Part shown: positions 57,744 to 64,000 of the stretch, piece after piece
How positions within the stretch are numbered: the first letter of the stretch is position 1
Layout of the letters: the number at the start of each line of letters is the position of its first letter
Assembly: GCA_041674105.1 (NCBI GenBank)
Contig: JBAYWK010000003.1
Coordinates: forward strand, 11,971 to 75,970
DNA from: Minisyncoccota bacterium
Lineage (GTDB): Bacteria > Patescibacteriota > Minisyncoccia > Phycocordibacterales > DATDWN01
DNA: 64,000 nt
Direction of reading: 5' to 3'
Position numbers and translations under genes: made by a program
The notes under the pieces: generated by a model
What the model was told of the DNA's origin: nothing
The model's input: the letters and a program-made list of their open reading frames with translations, nothing else
Database searches by the model: none

Positions 57744-60461
57744 ATGGAAAAGTACAATCAAAATTCTTTTAATTCTCCAGAAGATGAAATAAATTTTTTG
57801 CGAGAACAAATAGCTCAAAAAGAAAAGGAACTTTCGGAAAAAAACTATTCTGTAGATAAAAAACTTGTAGTCCAAGAACAAATTTCCAAGTACAAAAATA
57901 CTCTGTCAGAGGAGGTTTTAGATAAAGATTATAAGATTTCAGAAGACGACTTGGAGTCTTTTAAGCTCAAACTTTCTCCAGATCATCACGATAAAAAGAT
58001 AAAAGAACTTGTCGGTATTATGAATGAAAAAGGTATACACAATGCCCTTTCTGTTTTGTCTGGGTTGAAAGATCCGCATTTAGAGGACGATTTTCATAGA
58101 TTTTTAGTTCAATATTTTTCAGATGATAGGAAAGTAAAAGGTCTAAAGTCAAAAGAAGGTCTGTCTAGGGGTATAGGAATGAAACTATATGAGTTTGTAT
58201 TGCCGGACGAAGAGGAGGGTGAAAAAACAAAAACTCTAAAAGAAATAATCTCTGGTATGGAGCAGTTTTACTCTGGAATGCTTTCTATTTATTCAAAGAA
58301 ATCACAAAGTCATATCGTTATAGAGATAGCCAATGCAAATGACAGCGACCAGTTTGTTTTTTATGTGGCAGTACCAAAAGAGCACACAGACCTTTTTGAA
58401 AAACAAATAATATCTATTTTCCATAATGCCAGACTTACTGAGGTTGTGGATGATTACAATATTTTCAATGAAGATGGTATTTCTCTGGGCTCATACGCTG
58501 AGCTGAAAGAGAGTCCTGTTTATCCTATTAAAACATACGAGAATTTTGACCATGATCCAATGAATGTTATCTTGAATAGTTTCTCAAAAATAGAAAAAGA
58601 AGGAGAAGGTGCAGCATTACAAATCGTTTTGGCTCCACAAGGTGATTATTTTAATGATAAGTATTCTTTTGCTATAGACCAAATAGAAAAAGGGGCTGAT
58701 GTCAAAAAAGCAGTTTCCATGAAAGAATCTTTTGCAGGAGACCTTGGAAAAGTTTTAAAAGATTTGTTTAAAGCTCCAAAAGAAGAGGAAAAAAAAGAAA
58801 TAGATACTAATGCTATAGAAAAGATAAAAAGAAAAATAAGTGCTCCAATTTTAGCTACAAACATAAGAATCATTGCTTCAAGTAGGAATAGGTTGGGAGC
58901 GGAGAAGATCCTGAAAGAAATAGAATCTAGTTTCAACCAGTTTACTGATACAAACTCCAATGCTATAAAATGGCAAAGGCCAGAAAAAAAACCTTTGCAA
59001 AGGCTTTTTAGAGATTTTTCTTTTAGACTATATAATCCAACTCAGTTGGTTCCTCTAAATATTCACGAAATCAATACTATTTCTCATTTTCACACAACAA
59101 GGCTCTCACCAAACCCTCAACTCAGAAAAACTCAGTACGCCGAGGTTCCACCACCAAGTGAAATATCAAGTGCGGGAACTCTTTTAGGAATTAATTCCTA
59201 TAGAAATACTGACACAAAAATAAATATTTTGGATGAAGATAGGCTGAGACATTTTTATACCATTGGTCAGACGGGTACAGGAAAATCTACCCTACTAAAG
59301 AATATGATTATTCAGGATATAAAAAATGGTCACGGGGTCTGTATGATAGACCCTCATGGTATAGATATGATGGATATTATGGCCAACATTCCGAAAGATA
59401 GGTTTAATGATGTTATTTATTTTGATCCTAGTTATATAGAAAGACCTATGGCTCTAAATATGCTTGAGTACGATCCTCGTTTTCCAGAACAAAAAACTTT
59501 TGTGGTCAATGAGTTATTTAGTATTTTTCAAAAACTATATGGTGGTGCGCCAGAGTCTATGGGACCTATGTTTGAACAATATTTTAGAAACGCTACTATG
59601 CTTGTCATAGAAGATCCAGAAACAGGTTCTACTCTATTAGATGTTTCTAGGGTGATGTCCGATAAAACTTTTAGAGATCTAAAAATTTCTAGATGTAAAA
59701 ATCCTGTGGTAGTTGAGTTTTGGAAAGAAGTAGCAGAGAAAGCTGGTGGGGAAGCGACCTTAGCAAACATCGTACCGTACATCACAAGCAAGTTTGATGT
59801 CTTTTTGGCAAATGAAATAATGCGTCCGATAATTGCCCAAGAAAAGTCTTCTTTCAATTTTCGAGACATAATGGATAATAGAAAAATTCTTTTGGTAAAC
59901 CTTTCCAAAGGAAGACTTGGAGATATAAATGCAAACCTCATAGGACTTATTTTGGTCGGTAAAATACTAATGTCTGCTCTTTCTAGAGCCGATATTATTG
60001 GAAAAGATTTTCCACCGTTTTACCTTTATATAGACGAGTTTCAAAATGTAACTACAAATTCTATTTCTACTATTTTGTCTGAAGCTAGAAAATATAAACT
60101 TTCTCTAAATATTGCTCATCAGTTTATTGCGCAACTTGAAGAAGGTATAAGAGATGCTGTATTTGGGAATGTCGGCTCAATTGTTTCATTTAGGGTAGGT
60201 GCAGAAGATGCAGAGTATTTGGAAAAACAGTTTGCCCCAGTTTTTACAGCTCGCGATATTATGAATATAGACAATAGAAATGCTTATGTAAAAATGCTTA
60301 TTGCAGGTAGGCCGGCCAAAGCTTTCAATATGAAAACACTGCCTCCTCCAGAGGGAAATCCAAGTATAGTAGGTGCTCTAAAACAACTTTCCTACTTTAG
60401 TTATGGTGGAAATAAGGAAGAGATAGAAGCGGATATTTTGAAGAAATATAAGAAAAGGTAA
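57744..60461 (+). CDS. VirD4/TraD-like (type IV coupling protein family) P-loop ATPase
   Basis: RLRHFYTIGQTGTGKS, IDPHG, YIDEFQN, SEARKY..L..AHQ, FGNVGS. Confidence 0.88.
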   Translation: MEKYNQNSFNSPEDEINFLREQIAQKEKELSEKNYSVDKKLVVQEQISKYKNTLSEEVLDKDYKISEDDLESFKLKLSPDHHDKKIKELVGIMNEKGIHNALSVLSGLKDPHLEDDFHRFLVQYFSDDRKVKGLKSKEGLSRGIGMKLYEFVLPDEEEGEKTKTLKEIISGMEQFYSGMLSIYSKKSQSHIVIEIANANDSDQFVFYVAVPKEHTDLFEKQIISIFHNARLTEVVDDYNIFNEDGISLGSYAELKESPVYPIKTYENFDHDPMNVILNSFSKIEKEGEGAALQIVLAPQGDYFNDKYSFAIDQIEKGADVKKAVSMKESFAGDLGKVLKDLFKAPKEEEKKEIDTNAIEKIKRKISAPILATNIRIIASSRNRLGAEKILKEIESSFNQFTDTNSNAIKWQRPEKKPLQRLFRDFSFRLYNPTQLVPLNIHEINTISHFHTTRLSPNPQLRKTQYAEVPPPSEISSAGTLLGINSYRNTDTKINILDEDRLRHFYTIGQTGTGKSTLLKNMIIQDIKNGHGVCMIDPHGIDMMDIMANIPKDRFNDVIYFDPSYIERPMALNMLEYDPRFPEQKTFVVNELFSIFQKLYGGAPESMGPMFEQYFRNATMLVIEDPETGSTLLDVSRVMSDKTFRDLKISRCKNPVVVEFWKEVAEKAGGEATLANIVPYITSKFDVFLANEIMRPIIAQEKSSFNFRDIMDNRKILLVNLSKGRLGDINANLIGLILVGKILMSALSRADIIGKDFPPFYLYIDEFQNVTTNSISTILSEARKYKLSLNIAHQFIAQLEEGIRDAVFGNVGSIVSFRVGAEDAEYLEKQFAPVFTARDIMNIDNRNAYVKMLIAGRPAKAFNMKTLPPPEGNPSIVGALKQLSYFSYGGNKEEIEADILKKYKKR

Positions 60462-60539
60462 AAGTGTCAAAGACCGTCTCTGACACTGTACTTGATTTTT
60501 TATGGTTTTTGGTGTTTAATTTGTTTCGGAGGGAAGATC

Positions 60540-60932
60540 ATGAGTCAGTCAGACAGGGAGATTCTAAGGCAATTAAGTCTTAGTCAGGCCAATTTAGCTA
60601 GAATTATTGGCACAAGTAGACAAGCGGTTAATGCTGGTATTAAAAAGGAAACTGATTATATAACGAGTTCAGTCGTTCTGATGATACATAAGGTTTTTGT
60701 ATTAGATGATGATCCAAGAAAATCTGTAGCAGAACAGATATTGCGTGATTTATTTTCTGTAAATGTTGAGTCTAATTTTTTAGTTACAGACCTTTTGGGT
60801 ATTAATTTAGATACAGAAAAAATTCAGTTAATACTAAACAATAAAGCTCTAAGAGATTCTTTGAGAGATAAAATTTCTCAGGTAATAAATAATTATTGCG
60901 ATAATTTCAAGAATTTTTTTGACACGCAATAA
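60540..60932 (+). CDS. XRE-like helix-turn-helix protein
   Basis: LSQANLARIIGTSRQAVN; GGAGGG SD. Confidence 0.7.
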   Translation: MSQSDREILRQLSLSQANLARIIGTSRQAVNAGIKKETDYITSSVVLMIHKVFVLDDDPRKSVAEQILRDLFSVNVESNFLVTDLLGINLDTEKIQLILNNKALRDSLRDKISQVINNYCDNFKNFFDTQ

Positions 60933-60936
60933 TCTT

Positions 60937-60964
60937 AAAACCGTCTTGAAAAAGACGGTTTTTC
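60937..60964. terminator. Intrinsic terminator
   Basis: aaaaccgtctt-gaa-aagacggttttt. Confidence 0.8.
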
Positions 60965-61048
60965 TATGCAAGAATTTACTACAATATATTGTAGTAAAAA
61001 ATTTAGGTATAAAAAAAGAGGTAACCGAAAACGTTGGTTACCCCTGTC

Positions 61049-61321
61049 CTAGTCACGGTCTCCACGGGGGAGTCCGGCGTACATTGGGGTGTTTACATTT
61101 GGTATAACCCCTGTATGGCTTTTCTTTTTCCGTCTCGAGATTTCTCCCAAAACGGACTTTGTGAAAGAGTTGGCTTCATCCTGTCCAACTTCTTGGACGG
61201 AGAAGCTGTATGTCAGTTCCCACATCTCTAGTTTGGTTAGAGGAACACCGATTTCTCGGCACTTTTCCAAAACTTGAGATTTTACAATCTGGACCCTACG
61301 GGCCCATTCGTTTCTGTCCAT
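61049..61321 (-). CDS. Hypothetical protein under the shared promoter module
   Basis: AGGAGG SD before ATG; third copy of the shared promoter upstream. Confidence 0.65.
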   Translation of the reverse strand: MDRNEWARRVQIVKSQVLEKCREIGVPLTKLEMWELTYSFSVQEVGQDEANSFTKSVLGEISRRKKKSHTGVIPNVNTPMYAGLPRGDRD

Positions 61322-61325
61322 TTGT

Positions 61326-61370
61326 CCTCCTATTATATATTATATCATACTTTGTATATAAAAGTCAAGT
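61326..61370 (-). promoter_or_regulatory. Shared promoter-SD module, copy 3 (diverged)
   Basis: Minus strand reads acttgacttttatatacaaagtatgatataat...taggagg. Confidence 0.75.
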
Positions 61371-61450
61371 TATCCACAATTTTATAGGTAATTTAATCAA
61401 ATTATTGATTTTTACAAAATTAATTGTATTATGGGTGGCAGGAGGTTTTT

Positions 61451-61738
61451 ATGGGACAAGCAGGTGTTGAACATGGAGTTACTATGCTATCGAATGCTAT
61501 CTTGTATCAGAGAATTGAAAAAATTATTTCTTTGATTCCAGACGACTTCGGTAATAAGGAGATCATTGTAAAATCTCTTAAAGGAATCCAAGATTCTTTG
61601 CCGTTTACGGCTCCTGGAGCTATAAACACGAGATGGTTTCAGGTATCAGGAGTTTTGGAGGTAAATCTTCCAGATCCAGACACAGCTCCTTGGGCAATGG
61701 AGATTGCAAAGATCTTTGCTGAGGATTTTGAAGAATGA
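61451..61738 (+). CDS. Hypothetical protein
   Basis: AGGAGG SD; begins MGQAG, like the MGQAE start of the 49601 ORF. Confidence 0.65.
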   Translation: MGQAGVEHGVTMLSNAILYQRIEKIISLIPDDFGNKEIIVKSLKGIQDSLPFTAPGAINTRWFQVSGVLEVNLPDPDTAPWAMEIAKIFAEDFEE

Positions 61739-61745
61739 AGCTAAT

Positions 61746-61775
61746 AAAAAAGAGGCGACCTAGGGCGTCTCTTTT
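61746..61775. terminator. Bidirectional terminator
   Basis: aaaaaagaggcg...cgtctctttt. Confidence 0.7.
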
Positions 61776-61804
61776 ATTTTGGTTTCGAAAATTTTATTAA
61801 GTCT

Positions 61805-62260
61805 TTAGTTTAGTAGTTCATCTACTACAGACTTTACTACATCACCGTCTACTTTGCCCTTTAAATCCTTCATAATGGCTCCCATGAGCTGTCCAGCCTT
61901 AGTTTTGTCAGTTATACCCATTTCAGCTTTTTTGGCTTCTGCGACCTTCAAAACTTCATTTCTTGGCATTTGGGCGGGCAGAAAAGTCTCTAATATAGAA
62001 AGCTCGGCTTTTTCAGATTCGGCAAGTTCTGGACGACCTCCTTTTTCAAATTGTTCTATAGAATCTTTTCTTTGTTTAACAGCCTTACGGACTACATTTA
62101 AAGCATCTTCGTCTCCTAGTTCTTCTTGAGGAGTTCTCTTTGTGGCCACGAGTTCGTTTGTAAAAGAAGCAAGAAGTCCACGATAAACACCGAGCTCAAC
62201 TGTCTTTTTCTCCTTCATTGCTGTTTTTATTTTTTCTTTTATCTTTAGATGTAGTGACAT
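61805..62260 (-). CDS. GatB/YqeY domain protein
   Basis: AMKEK, KQRKDSIEQFEKGGR, FLPAQM, GQLMG. Confidence 0.92.
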   Translation of the reverse strand: MSLHLKIKEKIKTAMKEKKTVELGVYRGLLASFTNELVATKRTPQEELGDEDALNVVRKAVKQRKDSIEQFEKGGRPELAESEKAELSILETFLPAQMPRNEVLKVAEAKKAEMGITDKTKAGQLMGAIMKDLKGKVDGDVVKSVVDELLN

Positions 62261-62327
62261 AATAATTTAAAATTAAAATATAAAAAATATAATACCATAT
62301 TCCACTTATATTTGATAGAATACTCTT

Positions 62328-63371
62328 ATGGACACATTTACAATTTTGGCTGTTTTGGGGGGCATTATATTGGGTGTTTTGGTAATGTATTTGTTAAAAC
62401 CAAAAGGAAAAACAGACGATACTGGACTTAAACTTATTTTACAGCAAATAAATGAACTGAATAGAACGGTAGATAATAAAATAGGTGAAAATGCTAGAAA
62501 TATAAATGAGTCTGTTAGAACCCAGCTAGGTGAATCCGCAAACCTGATAAGGGAAGTAACCCAAGGACTTACAAAACTTGATGAGACAAATAAACAAGTT
62601 ATTTCTTTTGCTGATCAACTGAAAAATCTTCAAGATATTTTGAAGAATCCAAAACAAAGAGGAATATTGGGAGAATATTATTTGGAAACATTACTAAAAA
62701 ATGTCTTACCTCCAGGTCAATATCAAATGCAATATGGTTTTTCTAACGGCGAGATAGTAGATGCTGTGGTTTTTGTTAAAGACAAAATAATACCAATAGA
62801 CTCAAAATTTTCTTTGGAAAATTACAATAGACTGATGGAAGCTAAAGATCCTGCAGAAAAAGACAGGTTGGAAAAACTTTTTGTAAATGATTTAAAACTT
62901 AGAATAACTGAGACTTCAAAGTATATAAGACCTTCAGAGGGGACCATGGATTTTGCTTTTATGTTTATTCCTCATGAAGCTATTTATTATGATTTACTTA
63001 TAAACAAAATTGGAGCAGTAACAGAAGATACTGAAAATCTTATCCAGAGAGCAGCAGGAAAACACAAGGTTATTATAGTTTCCCCAACTTCTTTTTTGGC
63101 ATATCTTCAGACTGTTTTACAAGGTCTGAAAGCTATGCAAATAGAAGATCAAGCTAAAGATATTATAAAGAGAGTGGGGGAACTCGGAGAACATTTAAAG
63201 AAATATGAGATTTATCATGGAAAGTTAGGTAATTCTCTGGAGACTGTAGTCAACCATTTTAATGCTGGAAGCAAAGAATTTAAGAAAATAGATAAAGATA
63301 TTTTTAGGATAACAGGCGAATCTCCTGGTGTAGATGTGGTTGCTTTAGACAAGCCGGAAATAGATAATTAG
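62328..63371 (+). CDS. rmuC: DNA recombination protein RmuC
   Basis: RGILGEYYLE, IDSKF, DFAFMFIP, VSPTS. Confidence 0.92.
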   Translation: MDTFTILAVLGGIILGVLVMYLLKPKGKTDDTGLKLILQQINELNRTVDNKIGENARNINESVRTQLGESANLIREVTQGLTKLDETNKQVISFADQLKNLQDILKNPKQRGILGEYYLETLLKNVLPPGQYQMQYGFSNGEIVDAVVFVKDKIIPIDSKFSLENYNRLMEAKDPAEKDRLEKLFVNDLKLRITETSKYIRPSEGTMDFAFMFIPHEAIYYDLLINKIGAVTEDTENLIQRAAGKHKVIIVSPTSFLAYLQTVLQGLKAMQIEDQAKDIIKRVGELGEHLKKYEIYHGKLGNSLETVVNHFNAGSKEFKKIDKDIFRITGESPGVDVVALDKPEIDN

Positions 63372-63419
63372 GTCTAGGTATTGCATTTTTCCCTTAGTTT
63401 TTGTATGATTACTTTCGTT

Positions 63420-63740
63420 ATGGAATTTGCTGTAATACACACGGGAGGAAAGCAATACAAAGTCTCAAAAGGGGACACTGTTAAAATTGAGAAGATCAAA
63501 GGCACTTTCAAGGTGGGTGACAAGATAATTTTTGATAAAGTAATGCTTGTTGATGATGGAAAAGACGCAACTACTATAGGAACTCCTTATATTCCAAAAG
63601 CTTCTGTGGAAGCTACTCTAGCTGAAATCGGTAGAAACAAGACTATTGATGTCATAAAATATAAACAAAAAAGTAGGTATTTCAAGAAAAATGGTCACAG
63701 ACAACCTTGGTTTAAAGTAAAAATAGAGGGGATAAAATAA
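63420..63740 (+). CDS. rplU: 50S ribosomal protein L21
   Basis: FAVIHTGGKQYKV, GHRQP. Confidence 0.96.
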   Translation: MEFAVIHTGGKQYKVSKGDTVKIEKIKGTFKVGDKIIFDKVMLVDDGKDATTIGTPYIPKASVEATLAEIGRNKTIDVIKYKQKSRYFKKNGHRQPWFKVKIEGIK

Positions 63741-63761
63741 AAGAGCCTTTCGGCTCTTTTT
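63739..63761. terminator. Bidirectional terminator
   Basis: aaaagagcc-tttc-ggctcttttt. Confidence 0.8.
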
Positions 63762-63788
63762 ATTAGGGCGAGTCTTGGTTGGCAGAGT

Positions 63789-63998
63789 TTATTGTTTCGG
63801 CTGCCTATTTTTTTTACGTGTCTTTTTTGGTTTTGACTTTGGCTTTAGTTTTTTCAGTTCAAAGTGTTTAAGTAGGAATAGTAAAAGACTTTGGTGATCT
63901 TCAACTTTTTCTATGTCCTTTTGTATTCTATCAGCCCAATCCAACGCTTCTTTTAGCGCTGGCACAGACCCATTGGCCCTCCGTATCTCTGCTACTTG
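63789..63998 (-). CDS. 3' end of a hypothetical protein with Lys-rich tail (5' end outside the window)
   Basis: Frame open from the window edge: QVAEIRRANGSVPALKEALDWAD...KKTRKKNRQPKQ then stop. Confidence 0.55.
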   Translation of the reverse strand, partial: QVAEIRRANGSVPALKEALDWADRIQKDIEKVEDHQSLLLFLLKHFELKKLKPKSKPKKTRKKNRQPKQ

Positions 63999-64000
63999 TG

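Overview
Low-GC bacterial chromosome segment using genetic code 11 (TGA is a stop). Gene content and style resemble Patescibacteria/CPR (Parcubacteria-like); this is an inference from the Lys-rich RpoD extension, two mreB paralogs, a stand-alone VirD4-like ATPase, a UvrD-nuclease fusion and the TYAGRLDP-type TruB. Most of the window is housekeeping: rpoC end-dnaG-rpoD, hisS, truB, typA, eno-gpmI, fmt-def-priA, frr-rseP-proS, mreBC-PBP2, greA-lysS, mraZ-rsmH-ftsL-ftsI-murF, rmuC, rplU, tRNA-Asn and tRNA-Glu. Scattered among these are self-contained accessory genes, often GC-richer, each with its own sigma70 promoter, strong Shine-Dalgarno (SD) and terminator, whereas many core genes look leaderless. 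Main points of interest: (1) a candidate defence cluster in the region after tRNA-Glu (MazG-like + GIY-YIG/DUF2075-helicase/S24-peptidase fusion + HEPN-like protein + Nudix); (2) unrelated ORFs sharing near-identical promoters with a palindromic spacer, terminators and spacers, like a cassette array without an integrase; (3) a 130-nt structured element present twice, with a possible pseudoknot; (4) a PEP-CTERM protein in a CPR-like genome; (5) nested copies of the tRNA-Asn 3' end; (6) several unannotated small ORFs. All calls come from reading the sequence; no database searches were run.
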